Shown: one piece after another, positions 17,495 through 27,878 of the stretch
How positions within the stretch are numbered: the first letter of the stretch is position 1
How the letters are laid out: each line of letters starts with the position of its first letter
Virus record (IMG/VR): IMGVR_UViG_3300032255_000172
Coordinates: 1-46,503 of that record
Length of the DNA: 46,503 nucleotides
Direction: 5' to 3' (one strand)
Origin: a virus
Lineage: Duplodnaviria > Caudoviricetes
Notes under the pieces: generated by a model
The model's input: the letters and a program-made list of their open reading frames with translations, nothing else
Databases searched by the model: none
What the model was told of the DNA's origin: nothing
Position numbers and translations under genes: made by a program

Positions 17495-19315
17495 TTAAAC
17501 CTCATTAAAAATTAAATTAACAATACCGTTGCCATCGTTTTTAATATTTTTTATTGAATACAAAACACCTAGCACCGTTACATTAGTTCCGCGAGCAACC
17601 GCTGGCGTGATTGCTTCAATATCTTTTGCAATACAACTAAATGCAGGCGCTGACCCAACCACATCAAATGCCTCTATATATTCATTTTTGAAAATACCGA
17701 CAATACTAATTGCACTAATAACGGCAACATCACCAAGCTCAGATATGCTGAACATTTCACGTAAATCAGCTTCGGGTATTTTTGAATCTCTCTCAGGTGA
17801 AACAACTGATGGATCTATAATTAAAATATTATGTATAACCGGCGAACTTGATATAAGCGAAACCGAAAACGACTGAGTCACCGACAAAGCAACAACCGGC
17901 AAGAACATTTGAGGCACTGAAACAACAGCAGGAATACCAACAAATTGCGGCAAAACAACCACAGAAATATCGAAAACATTTATTTGTGAAACAGACGCTA
18001 TCAGCGACATACTTAACGATTGAACAGGTGTTTCGAGAGAAGCTACTGGCGTATAAACCTGTGCGCCAACGCTAACGACAGGCATCACTAACGTTTGGCC
18101 AGGCACAATCTCATTAAGCACCAAGACAAATACCTGTGAAACCGAATTTACAGCTGGCATCGTTAACGATTGAATTGGTAAAACTTCACTGACTACTGGT
18201 ACAAAAATCTGCGCTACAGAATTAGCAACCGGAATCGCTAATGATTGAACCGGTATAACTTCACTCACTACTGGCGAATAAATCTGTACTACAGAATTGG
18301 CAACCGGAATCGCTAATGATTGAATCGGAATAACTTCACTTACTACCGGTGGAAAAATTTGCGCCAGCGAATTAGTAACCGGCACCGTTAATGACTGAGC
18401 CGACAAAGACTGAGATAACGTTATATCGTTTATTGTGGCTGTTGATGACAACGCGGGCGCTGTTACCTGCTGAGTGGACGCTCTTTCAAATGAAGAAAAC
18501 GATCCAGTAAATGGCAGCTCAGTTGTACCTTGAGCGTAAATAATCATACCAATATGAACGGTTGCACCGAACGTGGGTTTATTATTTACGGTTGTAGCGC
18601 CCGTGCCACCATTTATCAGTATCCAGTTATTTGCACCCAAATCTGAATACGCGAACTCAATGGTTCGATCAGGCATAAGCCTTATGCGAATATCGCCGTG
18701 GGTAACGCCAGTGCCCGTAAACACATTAGCGCCTTCATCGGTAACACCACTAACGCCATTCAACGTTGATTTGCATTCGAGGGTTGCTGTGGCAGCGCCT
18801 CGATGCCCAACAACGGCAAACTCATAATCTAACGATGAAAAACCGTTATCAACATGGCACATTACGCCGGTAAAGGCGAAGCCGCCATTTGAGAAATGAT
18901 TGCCTTGCGGGTTGCCGACAGGCCCAATACCGACATCCCGAATAACGAATTCATCAAAACCCGATGCCGGAAACGCAACAGTTTGATAATGATACGTTCC
19001 AGAAAGCCCGTGGAACCACTCCGTAATATCACCGGGATTCGTTAAAACATCACCCGAATAATAACCGGCTCGATTGCCAATGCTATCAACACGGCCATCA
19101 TTTTGATGCGATAACCATTGTGAGTTTACGGGGCCGGTTCCATTAAATGCATCATCAATAAAAGTACCATTTGATACAACCGGCGCAATGGTTGACGCCG
19201 CACTACCAATAAGCGGCAGGTTAATTGTTTGAGGCAAATTTACAGTGTATTGATCAACATCGACAACGCGACTAGCACCACCACCGTTATCAGAATTAAA
19301 TACGACGAGACTCAT
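17495..19315 (-). CDS. head-closure (gpFII-like) domain fused to N-terminal beta-sandwich domain and 25-aa repeat stalk
   Basis: C-terminal ~95 aa ('GIFKNEY...PAFSC...RGTNVTV...DGNGIVNLIF') resembles head-tail joining proteins; ~9 tandem 25-aa repeats. Confidence 0.7.
   Translation of the reverse strand: MSLVVFNSDNGGGASRVVDVDQYTVNLPQTINLPLIGSAASTIAPVVSNGTFIDDAFNGTGPVNSQWLSHQNDGRVDSIGNRAGYYSGDVLTNPGDITEWFHGLSGTYHYQTVAFPASGFDEFVIRDVGIGPVGNPQGNHFSNGGFAFTGVMCHVDNGFSSLDYEFAVVGHRGAATATLECKSTLNGVSGVTDEGANVFTGTGVTHGDIRIRLMPDRTIEFAYSDLGANNWILINGGTGATTVNNKPTFGATVHIGMIIYAQGTTELPFTGSFSSFERASTQQVTAPALSSTATINDITLSQSLSAQSLTVPVTNSLAQIFPPVVSEVIPIQSLAIPVANSVVQIYSPVVSEVIPVQSLAIPVANSVAQIFVPVVSEVLPIQSLTMPAVNSVSQVFVLVLNEIVPGQTLVMPVVSVGAQVYTPVASLETPVQSLSMSLIASVSQINVFDISVVVLPQFVGIPAVVSVPQMFLPVVALSVTQSFSVSLISSSPVIHNILIIDPSVVSPERDSKIPEADLREMFSISELGDVAVISAISIVGIFKNEYIEAFDVVGSAPAFSCIAKDIEAITPAVARGTNVTVLGVLYSIKNIKNDGNGIVNLIFNEV
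17820..18475 (-). repeat. 75-bp (25-aa) degenerate tandem repeats
   Basis: QSLAIPVANSVVQIYSPVVSEVIPV-type units; GATTGAA recurs at 18168, 18243, 18318. Confidence 0.9.
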
Positions 19316-20436
19316 TACGATACCGTAATATTGCTGGCTGAAATAAAGGTATTACTCGCAGTTTTTCTTAACAAGATAAAGTAAGCACCCGCAACCAATG
19401 AAAGCCCCGTAATAGTTGCCACACCACTAACCGGTGTAAACGTGCCGCTTGCTTCGTTAGTACCATTCCAGTCTGAATAAATAATGTAGTCGTAACTTTC
19501 ATCCACAACAGGCGCATCTAATTCATCAACCAGGTTGAACGTGGTTTGAGTTATTGCGGCAAGCGTTGAAAACTCAACATTAACTGCCGAGGGCGAATCA
19601 TCCACACCATCATTCTGAGCGATATATACACGGTAAGTCGTGCCAGCTGTTAAGCCAGATATCGCAGACATAAATTGAATTGCCGAACCGATAGGTGCGC
19701 TGCTGCTAGGCGCTAAAACATCAGAACTATTTGTACCAGCTATTATTTGAGCAACAGACGGCGCAGGATCAGCCGTAGGCACGACAACGGCATACAATGT
19801 GCCCGACACTGTGTCAGTTGTTGCACCAGGCGTAACAGAAGTATCACTTACACCCACGGCCTGAGGAACGCTTAATACAGGCCCAGCAACTGCAGTTGGT
19901 CGAATAACCAAACCATTAAAACCAGTTGTACCGGCATCATCATTTGTTACTCTAAATACAATTTGATTGGCGCCATCTGGCGAGACATTTGATAGCGAGA
20001 AAAACTCACCCGTTGGATTGTTACTACCTATATTTGTGCCCGCAATAATGCCTCTAGTTTCAGAAACTGTTGTTGCGCCAATTGCACTACCGGTCATATT
20101 ATCTTGACCGGTAAAATTTCCATCTACATCACAGTAAATATCAACATCAACCGCACCATGACCAACCGGAAAGGTTAGCGTTATATCTATAGGCGCACCG
20201 CCTGTAAGATATTGATTAGATGAGTTTATTTCTATATCAGTTTGAGTTGCACCACCCGCAGGCGACGTATCAGCATCACCGCTTGATGTTGAATTTGATG
20301 TAAATATTACACCAGATGCGGCGCCCGAAATACCAACCAAATCAGCGCCAAACGTACCAAACACTAAATTATTAGCTGTCTCTGCAATCACATTTGCAGG
20401 GCCAAAACTAACTATGGTTTTTTCTGTTATAGGCAT
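19315..20436 (-). CDS. putative virion accessory protein with Fn3/Ig-like domains
   Basis: Thr/Gly/Ser-rich beta protein; 'ISGLTAGTTYRVY' Fn3 signature. Confidence 0.65.
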   Translation of the reverse strand: MPITEKTIVSFGPANVIAETANNLVFGTFGADLVGISGAASGVIFTSNSTSSGDADTSPAGGATQTDIEINSSNQYLTGGAPIDITLTFPVGHGAVDVDIYCDVDGNFTGQDNMTGSAIGATTVSETRGIIAGTNIGSNNPTGEFFSLSNVSPDGANQIVFRVTNDDAGTTGFNGLVIRPTAVAGPVLSVPQAVGVSDTSVTPGATTDTVSGTLYAVVVPTADPAPSVAQIIAGTNSSDVLAPSSSAPIGSAIQFMSAISGLTAGTTYRVYIAQNDGVDDSPSAVNVEFSTLAAITQTTFNLVDELDAPVVDESYDYIIYSDWNGTNEASGTFTPVSGVATITGLSLVAGAYFILLRKTASNTFISASNITVS

Positions 20437-20476
20437 AAATCACAATCCAATAAACTAAATTTAAAAACAGCAGATA

Positions 20477-20866
20477 TTAAAAAGTTAAAATACCGGATGC
20501 ATTCCAGGCTAAATTTATATCGTTACCATTTGGTGTTAATGGCAAACCTGTTGCGGTATCAAACACGGCAATAATTGAATCATTCGCTTCTACACCTGTA
20601 TTCGCCACAATAATCACGTACTCAAACGGATCACCGGCTACACCAGTAAACACAACATCATCAGCATCTAAAACACCACCAGTAACAGTTTTATTTGCCA
20701 GTGCAGCTGTTGCAATACGTTCAACTGCAGGTATATCAGCTCGACTTGTTTGCGTACCTTCGATATAAGTAAATGTCTGATTATCAACTAAAAGAACATC
20801 ATAGTTGCCCGTTAACCAGGCATTCAGTAAATTGGTTTTACCAACGGGAGCAATTGAATTTGGCAT
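20477..20866 (-). CDS. putative virion structural protein
   Basis: 129 aa beta-rich protein ('LDADDVVF', 'GLPLTPNGNDI'); in the late operon. Confidence 0.6.
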   Translation of the reverse strand: MPNSIAPVGKTNLLNAWLTGNYDVLLVDNQTFTYIEGTQTSRADIPAVERIATAALANKTVTGGVLDADDVVFTGVAGDPFEYVIIVANTGVEANDSIIAVFDTATGLPLTPNGNDINLAWNASGILTF

Positions 20867-20900
20867 AACATTTCCTATTATTTATTTTTTAAAATAGAAA

Positions 20901-20925
20901 TAAAAAAACCGCCGAAGCGGTTTTA
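20901..20925 (-). terminator. terminator after head genes
   Basis: AAAACCGC-cgaa-GCGGTTTT with a T-run on the minus strand. Confidence 0.75.
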
Positions 20926-20954
20926 ATATTTCATTTAACTAAAGTGAAAGCTAA

Positions 20955-21317
20955 TTAAGTAACCGCGCCCAGAAGGTTGGCGAATTGAACCTGCATTTCT
21001 AGCACACCAGCACCCGCCGCTTGTGCCGCAATTGCCGCATTACTAACATCACCCGTTGCAGGCGTTGCCGCATTATCATCAAATGCATTGGCAGATGAAT
21101 CAAACATAACCATTTCGCCGTGCGCAATAACGGCAGCCGAAACTTTAGGCACCTGAAACACACCAGTAAAACTAACTTCACCGCTGGCCGTATTTGCAAT
21201 ATCAACCGAAGCAATTGCAAGTTGCTGACCAACAACAACCACCTCGCCAGACACAACAGCCGCGCCTGTAGTATTTACCCAGGTGCGCGTGTTGCCGGGT
21301 TTAATATAATTGTTCAT
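20955..21317 (-). CDS. capsid cement/decoration protein (DUF2190-like)
   Basis: 'MNNYIKPG...VVSGEVVVVG...GVFQVPK' typical of the family; directly after capsid gene. Confidence 0.85.
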   Translation of the reverse strand: MNNYIKPGNTRTWVNTTGAAVVSGEVVVVGQQLAIASVDIANTASGEVSFTGVFQVPKVSAAVIAHGEMVMFDSSANAFDDNAATPATGDVSNAAIAAQAAGAGVLEMQVQFANLLGAVT

Positions 21318-21404
21318 AACAATTTACCTTCTATAAATTAATTAAATGAGTTTTAAATTAATGCCAGCAATCAATGACCGGCATTAACTTTGATTAATGA
21401 TCAA

Positions 21405-23444
21405 TTAAGCGCCTGGGTTTCTCCATGCGCCGCGATGATCAATTGCACCAACACCAAATGGCAATTCAACTTTCATTGCAATGCCTGATGTGCGGAAGTT
21501 TTCTTCTTCAACAACCCGCGGTTCACGCTGGCCATTAAGGAAAACAACTTCAAATACAGGCGCAACATTTGGATCACCTAACAAGTACCAGGCATTGCCG
21601 GCGGCACGCGGTGAATCCACAATGTCGCTAACTAACCCGTTTACCATGTTTGGCTTTTGAAGTTTGTTGGCCGTGTCTGGATCATACTGAGCGTCATTAA
21701 TAACACGCATTGAACCACCCAGCGCAGTAGGACAAACCGCAACATTAGGCATGATGTCCAAAAACTCAGCATCACCGCCGGGGGCCGTTTGTTTAGCCAT
21801 TGCAACTCGGCCCGCTTCAAGTGTGGTAACTGAAGGCACCGCGCCACTCGCCGCTAAATTACCGTGATCGGCATGGAATAAAACAGTGCCATCAGCCATA
21901 ACAGGGTTACTGTTAAGCAAGGCAAATACCGCACGATCAATTGAGCGATTACCCGCCTGACCTAAACTCGTTGCCATATCAACAATATAACCCGTATCAT
22001 CATTTACGATAATTTCAGGTGTAATGTTAATGATGTTGCCTTTGCGACTTGCACTGATAGAATTCTTTTCACCATCAGGAATATTTTTATTTAAATATTC
22101 ACCGTTTTCATTTACACCATCAAGGTTACCAATCAGGCCAGGTACAATTCGTTGCCATGCGCGAAAATCTGTTACATCGCCAACTTTGCAAAAACGCGCC
22201 CATTTAGACTGAGCCGCATTAAACCCCATAAGCACAATTTTGTGCATAGTGTTTTCGAGAATAACCGGAAAATCACTGGTTGTTTGTGCACCGCGCACCA
22301 CGTTTCGAGTTAAGGCTTTTTCTGCACGTTCAAGCGTAGACATGCCACGAACGTTTAACCCGGCTGACTCTAAACAGGCACCCGCCATTTCACTCATGGT
22401 CATGCCGCGGTAGGGGTTGGCGCCGTCTGCTTTTTCTTTACCAACTCGCGCAAGTATTGCGCTGCTCATACCAACCGCGGTTTTGTCGCGCGCATCTTCA
22501 AGGACTTCAACGCGACCCGCGCCCTGAGGTGTTAACGACTCTACACCATCGCCTAACATTGCCATTAATTTATCACTGGCAACCTGCGCAGTAATATTCG
22601 CATCTGCAATCACATTAGCAAGTAAAACGCTCACGCCGTCAACACTAGCAAAAGGTTTATACTTTGCGATTATGTCGTTGTTGCGTGCATTAATTTTTTC
22701 AACAGCACGCGCATCTGCTTCATCCTGATCAATCTGATTAATTTGATTTTCGTTTTCATCAACCGGCGTTGGCTTTGCCGCCGAATTCACCTGTTTTTTA
22801 GGCATGGGTATTTCCTCTTTAGGTTTAATAAATGCAGCGGCCGCCGCAGGTAAGTTTTGGTATCTGGATAAATTTAATGAAGCCGCAATACTTATCGGCT
22901 CTGTTGTCTCATCCACATACCCATCAGTAATAGCCTCATCAGCCATTAACCAATGATCATCACCATCATTTAATAATGGTAAAATCTCATCAACAGTTTT
23001 ACCTGTTTTACGCGCGTAGCTTGTCGCCATTGAGCTCGCGTAAGTATCCAGAACATCTGCATACTCTCGTATTTCTTTAGAGTTTCCAGCAATGCCGCCC
23101 CAGGGCGCATGAATCATTAACAATGCATTTTCAGCCATGAAAACAGTGTCGCCAGCCATTGCGATTAAACTGGCAATTGATGCCGCAATACCGTCAATAT
23201 AAACATTTATAATTGCGTCATGGCGGCGAAGCGCATTATAAATAGCGATGCCGTCGGTCACGCTTCCGCCGTATGAATTGATGCGCACGTTAATTTCATT
23301 TGAGTCAATTTGCTGCAGTTCGCGCACAAACTCACCAGCCGCAACACTTTCATTCCACCAACTTTCGCCGATATCGCCATAAATCAAAACCTCCGCGGGC
23401 TTATCATTACTCATTGCTTTAATGGTATAAAAACTATTCGGCAT
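21405..23444 (-). CDS. ClpP-like prohead protease / major capsid fusion protein
   Basis: 'INSYGG', 'DGIAASIAS', 'MIHAPW' S14 motifs then capsid domain 'TTSDFPVIL'; start placed at 23444 by GAGG RBS. Confidence 0.93.
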   Translation of the reverse strand: MPNSFYTIKAMSNDKPAEVLIYGDIGESWWNESVAAGEFVRELQQIDSNEINVRINSYGGSVTDGIAIYNALRRHDAIINVYIDGIAASIASLIAMAGDTVFMAENALLMIHAPWGGIAGNSKEIREYADVLDTYASSMATSYARKTGKTVDEILPLLNDGDDHWLMADEAITDGYVDETTEPISIAASLNLSRYQNLPAAAAAFIKPKEEIPMPKKQVNSAAKPTPVDENENQINQIDQDEADARAVEKINARNNDIIAKYKPFASVDGVSVLLANVIADANITAQVASDKLMAMLGDGVESLTPQGAGRVEVLEDARDKTAVGMSSAILARVGKEKADGANPYRGMTMSEMAGACLESAGLNVRGMSTLERAEKALTRNVVRGAQTTSDFPVILENTMHKIVLMGFNAAQSKWARFCKVGDVTDFRAWQRIVPGLIGNLDGVNENGEYLNKNIPDGEKNSISASRKGNIINITPEIIVNDDTGYIVDMATSLGQAGNRSIDRAVFALLNSNPVMADGTVLFHADHGNLAASGAVPSVTTLEAGRVAMAKQTAPGGDAEFLDIMPNVAVCPTALGGSMRVINDAQYDPDTANKLQKPNMVNGLVSDIVDSPRAAGNAWYLLGDPNVAPVFEVVFLNGQREPRVVEEENFRTSGIAMKVELPFGVGAIDHRGAWRNPGA

Positions 23445-24954
23445 CTTCTTTTCCTCGTTTATTTTCACTTGCGTTTTCTTTATCGCTTTTTTCTACATTA
23501 TCAATAACAGGCAATGGGTTTTTATCTTCAATCAATAACCCTCTATCTTTTAATTGCTGCTGCCACGCTTCTGCCTGGTCAAGCACATCAACTGGATTTA
23601 AACCCCGGCGACGAATAATTTCAGGGCCAGAGGCGTGCCGATTTTTTTCTAACATTTCCCACGACTTGGACTCTTTAACCGGATCTATCCACGGCATCTG
23701 CGGCGGGATATAAAGTGCATCATCAATTGTGTGTTCATCAACATCATCAGGTACTTTTAATTCACCCGAGGCAATTGCGATTCGCAGAAATTTTTCATAT
23801 GAAGGGCGAACAATACGGCTGGTAAACTCACCTGATATAATTTGATATGAACCGTAACCTTCTACCAATTCCTGCCGCTGACTTGAAAAAGTACCACTAT
23901 AATCTTTTGCCGAACTTGAATAAGTTACACCGCACCCGGAAGCAACTGCACGCAGCTGGCCTTTTCTGTGTGGCTCTAGTTGAGGATTAGGGCGGTTTGT
24001 GTCAATAGTGCCAACTGATTCACCAGGTCGCAGATCATCAAAAATCATGCCCGCCTGAAACCGCATATCACGTTCTTCAGAGCCATCATCTTTATTAAAT
24101 AATTCGGGTGTACCCTTAACGATAAAAGCGGCCATACTTGCCGCTACCTTTGCGGCAATTCGTTCGCTCTCTTCATAATCTTTTAAATCATCTAACCGCA
24201 ACATGACTGTTGCAAACACAGACATTCCACGCGCCTGATTAATGCGCTTAACCAGTTTGCAGTGCATCATGCGTTCAGCGGGTACACGCTTATAATCGGT
24301 TATGCGCAATGTATTAAAACCGGCCAACTCTTCAGGGTGTTGCTTATAAACAAAATACGCCATTGGCTTTAACCAGGCGTTACGCTCAACACCCTGCATA
24401 ACATTGTCAGCTGTATAACCAACCGGCACGTAATCTGATTCAAGCATTTCAATTGAATATGGCACAACCGTGCCATGTTCCAATGAAGGCACATTGCCCG
24501 CTACGTGCTGACCAAATACCTCGCCATCACGAAACCATGAACGCCCCATAATTCGTTGCGCACTTGGCCAATCGTGTTGCCAGGTTACCTCTGGGCGACG
24601 CATCCAATTAGTGTAAAGCCGTAAAATAGCACGCGAAAATTCCGTGTTTATTTTTCCATCTTTATTGCGCGGCTGAGGCTCAACCGAAATGCCTTTGGGG
24701 CCAATCGTATTAGCAACCAGCACATCTAAAACACCCGAAGCCAGATCGTGGTTTTCATCAAGAAACCGCGCCTGTTGTCGCATGGGTCTACTGGCTGAAT
24801 AATTAGATGTATTAGGCCCACCCGTTTCCTTGTTTCGCTTTCTCAAACGATCAGGTTTTGTGGCCTCATAATAAGATAATGCTTTTCTAGCCGCCGCACG
24901 ATTGAGCGCGCGCACCGGATCATAAGACGCAATAATTTTATCTAACAAATTCAT
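23434..24954 (-). CDS. portal protein, lambda family
   Basis: 'RDGEVF', 'QARGMS', 'WIDPVKE' motifs. Confidence 0.95.
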   Translation of the reverse strand: MNLLDKIIASYDPVRALNRAAARKALSYYEATKPDRLRKRNKETGGPNTSNYSASRPMRQQARFLDENHDLASGVLDVLVANTIGPKGISVEPQPRNKDGKINTEFSRAILRLYTNWMRRPEVTWQHDWPSAQRIMGRSWFRDGEVFGQHVAGNVPSLEHGTVVPYSIEMLESDYVPVGYTADNVMQGVERNAWLKPMAYFVYKQHPEELAGFNTLRITDYKRVPAERMMHCKLVKRINQARGMSVFATVMLRLDDLKDYEESERIAAKVAASMAAFIVKGTPELFNKDDGSEERDMRFQAGMIFDDLRPGESVGTIDTNRPNPQLEPHRKGQLRAVASGCGVTYSSSAKDYSGTFSSQRQELVEGYGSYQIISGEFTSRIVRPSYEKFLRIAIASGELKVPDDVDEHTIDDALYIPPQMPWIDPVKESKSWEMLEKNRHASGPEIIRRRGLNPVDVLDQAEAWQQQLKDRGLLIEDKNPLPVIDNVEKSDKENASENKRGKEDAE

Positions 24955-24956
24955 AA

Positions 24957-25166
24957 TTATGAAAAGCTCGCAACCGAATAACCGCGGCGGTCAGAGGCCT
25001 GATTATTTTCTTTGTTCACAATTTCTTGCCAATGAACTTGCCCATCTCTCACTTCTTTTAAGTTTGCACGATTAAATGTATTGCCATCAACGGTATATGA
25101 TTGACCGCGCAGAATTGTTTTTTCAGCTTCAATATACAAAGCCAACATGTCTGTTGCTGTACTCAT
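24957..25166 (-). CDS. head completion protein (gpW-like)
   Basis: 'AEKTILRGQSYTVDG..FNRANL'; between TerL and portal. Confidence 0.8.
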   Translation of the reverse strand: MSTATDMLALYIEAEKTILRGQSYTVDGNTFNRANLKEVRDGQVHWQEIVNKENNQASDRRGYSVASFS

Positions 25167-27272
25167 TTATAAACCCCAGCCATCTTTTGCACCAAACGGA
25201 TTACCCGCTGATTTATGTTTTTTAGAAACTTGTTTATTTGTATTTTTTTCAACAACTCTAAAATCAATCTCACTGTTGGTATCCCAAACATCAGCCCATG
25301 CGGGTGGTGAATCCCAATCAATTTCAGATAAACGTTTTTCAATCATGTACGCCTTAACGCCACCTTTACCATATGCATACAAATCAAAGGTTTCATTTCG
25401 CGCTTTTGAAGGGTTATCCCAACCCAAATCAGATCTAACCTCGGCGGTAAGCTCTTCATAAAACCAAAGGCTCAACCAATCCGGGTAATGCATATAACGC
25501 GGGCCGGGTAAATCACGTTTCATATCGGCTGATACTGAATCTTTTAATAAAGTCGTATTCAGCATCCACACAGGAACATCGCCACGCGCCTCAGCAGTAC
25601 GATCAGAACGACCAGAGTTATCTGGAAATCTTTTTAGAACAGTCGGCTTACGCGCATTAGGTTTAGCCCGTTCACCTTTAATCAACATGAATCGATTGTG
25701 TAATTGTTTCTTTTTTAATTTCCGCCAAAAGTTATACGCATTATCCGTAACGCCAGCTTTACCACCTGAGTCGCAAACCGTATTTAAAATAGCCATGCTT
25801 CTGCCAGACCCATCAGATAATGGGTAACTACGTTTAATGACTTTTTCTATTATCAAATCCCAATCTTCAATATAACCCGCAGGATCTAAAGGCAACGCTT
25901 CACCACCTGTTGAGCGCTTTGAAATATGAATATCAAACCGATCAACCAACCAATTTTCAAAACCAATGCCGTAAGCCATCACCTGACAAACAAACTTTGC
26001 GCCCTGCACATCGATTGATGCATGTAAAAATCGAGCCCCTTCTGGAACCATTCGTTTTGGTAAATCTTCTGCACGCTTCTCCAAGTCACTGGACGAAGTT
26101 TGTGAAATCAATCTACGCGGCAAATACGCTGTGCCTTGATCGACATTTGTTGTTGCTTTTAATGTTGTCTCTGTACCGGTAATTTCATAATCACGTAACG
26201 CATTAAGGTAACGCTGTATAATATTTTCCCAACTTTGATAAGCAGCCGCTGCGCCTGGCATCCAGAACGATGCGGTTTTTGATTTTCTTTTTTCGCCAGC
26301 AACTATATATTCACCGCATTGAAACTCAACATGGCAGCCCTCGGGCACCCATTTACCTTTTGCATTCATAGAATGCTTGTGTTTTTCATCAATTACGGAG
26401 CCGCACTCGGTACACTTCAAACCAATCGCGCCCGTTATTTGTGTGTCTGTGTGTCCGAATAAATCTTTATTAATGTTAAAACTAAAAGCCTCAATACCAG
26501 GACCAGGCATAAAATACGCATCACAACACGGGCACGGCATATACCACCGCCGCCGATCACCTTGGTTGTATAGCGATAAAATGCCACGCGTTGGTGGTGC
26601 CTCGTGTGGCGTTCTGGCTTTCCATTTTGGGTCCAACACCTCAAAACCGGGCGAGGATTCCGCCATAGTCATGCCGCGACTCATAAATGTTTGTGTTCGT
26701 TTTTGAGCTAATGAAAACGGAGAGCCTTCTTTATCTATGTCCTCGGGCATCCGGTCATAATCAGTTAACAGCATGAACTTAAACTCAGAACTTGAAAGCT
26801 GCTTTACTGTCGGCCAGATAATTTTTAAAACATTACCCGCTTTAAAATATTTTTCGTGTACGTTATCGTCTTGTTTATTTTTACTTAAATATTTGCCTAT
26901 CTCGGGAGAGTTTCTAAACATGCGACTGATGCGTAATTTAGAAAAATCTTTGGCTTTTTCTTGCGCTATATGAACGATCGCCATATCTGATGGATCACAC
27001 GTAACCATGTAACCTACGCCGCAATCAATCAAACCTTGCGTTTTACCAGTTCGAGCCGGGCCAACAAATATAACTGACTCAAAATCGCGCGACGAAAGCA
27101 CATCCATAGGCTCAAGCATGTACGGCGTAAGTGAACCATCCCATGGTGCCGTGCCACTACCTGAAGACTGGACGCGAACATATTTGCTCGCAGCCTCACT
27201 TACAAGCATTCGAACCGGTGGCCTTGCTAGTGCTGATACCTCTCGACGAACATCAGCGACAGAGGCATACAT
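25167..27272 (-). CDS. terminase large subunit (GpA family)
   Basis: Walker A GPARTGKT, CxxC pairs, 'SIDVQ', 'DSGG', 'RNETFDL'. Confidence 0.96.
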   Translation of the reverse strand: MYASVADVRREVSALARPPVRMLVSEAASKYVRVQSSGSGTAPWDGSLTPYMLEPMDVLSSRDFESVIFVGPARTGKTQGLIDCGVGYMVTCDPSDMAIVHIAQEKAKDFSKLRISRMFRNSPEIGKYLSKNKQDDNVHEKYFKAGNVLKIIWPTVKQLSSSEFKFMLLTDYDRMPEDIDKEGSPFSLAQKRTQTFMSRGMTMAESSPGFEVLDPKWKARTPHEAPPTRGILSLYNQGDRRRWYMPCPCCDAYFMPGPGIEAFSFNINKDLFGHTDTQITGAIGLKCTECGSVIDEKHKHSMNAKGKWVPEGCHVEFQCGEYIVAGEKRKSKTASFWMPGAAAAYQSWENIIQRYLNALRDYEITGTETTLKATTNVDQGTAYLPRRLISQTSSSDLEKRAEDLPKRMVPEGARFLHASIDVQGAKFVCQVMAYGIGFENWLVDRFDIHISKRSTGGEALPLDPAGYIEDWDLIIEKVIKRSYPLSDGSGRSMAILNTVCDSGGKAGVTDNAYNFWRKLKKKQLHNRFMLIKGERAKPNARKPTVLKRFPDNSGRSDRTAEARGDVPVWMLNTTLLKDSVSADMKRDLPGPRYMHYPDWLSLWFYEELTAEVRSDLGWDNPSKARNETFDLYAYGKGGVKAYMIEKRLSEIDWDSPPAWADVWDTNSEIDFRVVEKNTNKQVSKKHKSAGNPFGAKDGWGL

Positions 27273-27760
27273 TATTCTGCCAACTTATCTGCTAACTGAG
27301 CGCGCGCATTATCACATTCAGTTTCAATCAAATTAATTACATCAGAATCTAAACTACATTTCATTTCTAAAATATCAGGTAGAGTTTCTATCGTTCTGAC
27401 GCACGTTTTAACAACCTCAGCAATCTCCTGTGCTACTTCATTAACGGGTATCAAGGCGCCCGCTTCTCGAAGATATTTTGATTTTTCATTTTCACCCTTG
27501 TACCAATCTAGCCGATCTTTTGGCTGCAACACATCCGGGTTTTTGATTTCTTCAAAGCTTGGAAGTTGCCCAGATAATATCGCCTCTGCAGCCTCTGCAA
27601 TATGAAAAACATCATGTCCTTTTCGCTTCTTTTTTGGCACAACACCAGCAGCATGTAACCGCTTGCCTATGGTTTCTCGGGCTGAGCCAAACGCTTTTTG
27701 TAATTGAGATAAAGACCAATAAAAACGATCATCAAAATCAACAACTTGCGACTCTTCCAT
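27272..27760 (-). CDS. terminase small subunit (DUF1441-like)
   Basis: N-terminal wHTH, 'PKDRLDWYKGE', 'ETLPDILE'; upstream of TerL. Confidence 0.88.
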   Translation of the reverse strand: MEESQVVDFDDRFYWSLSQLQKAFGSARETIGKRLHAAGVVPKKKRKGHDVFHIAEAAEAILSGQLPSFEEIKNPDVLQPKDRLDWYKGENEKSKYLREAGALIPVNEVAQEIAEVVKTCVRTIETLPDILEMKCSLDSDVINLIETECDNARAQLADKLAE

Positions 27761-27824
27761 ACCCTTAGACCATAATATTTCTTACTGACGCCGAGACCAT
27801 AGAGCCCCTAAAAACTCATAATTA

Positions 27825-27870
27825 CCGCGGTGCAAATTACCCGTGGATAACGAAACCCTCAGGAGTACCT
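27825..27870 (-). promoter_or_regulatory. predicted cos site (cosQ-like AGGTACT; cosN with 12-nt end GGTAATTTGCAC at 27830-27841)
   Basis: Minus strand ACG-GGTAATTTGCAC-CGCGG mirrors lambda ACG-GGGCGGCGACCT-CGCGG, just upstream of terS. Confidence 0.7.
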
Positions 27871-27878
27871 TTATTAAA

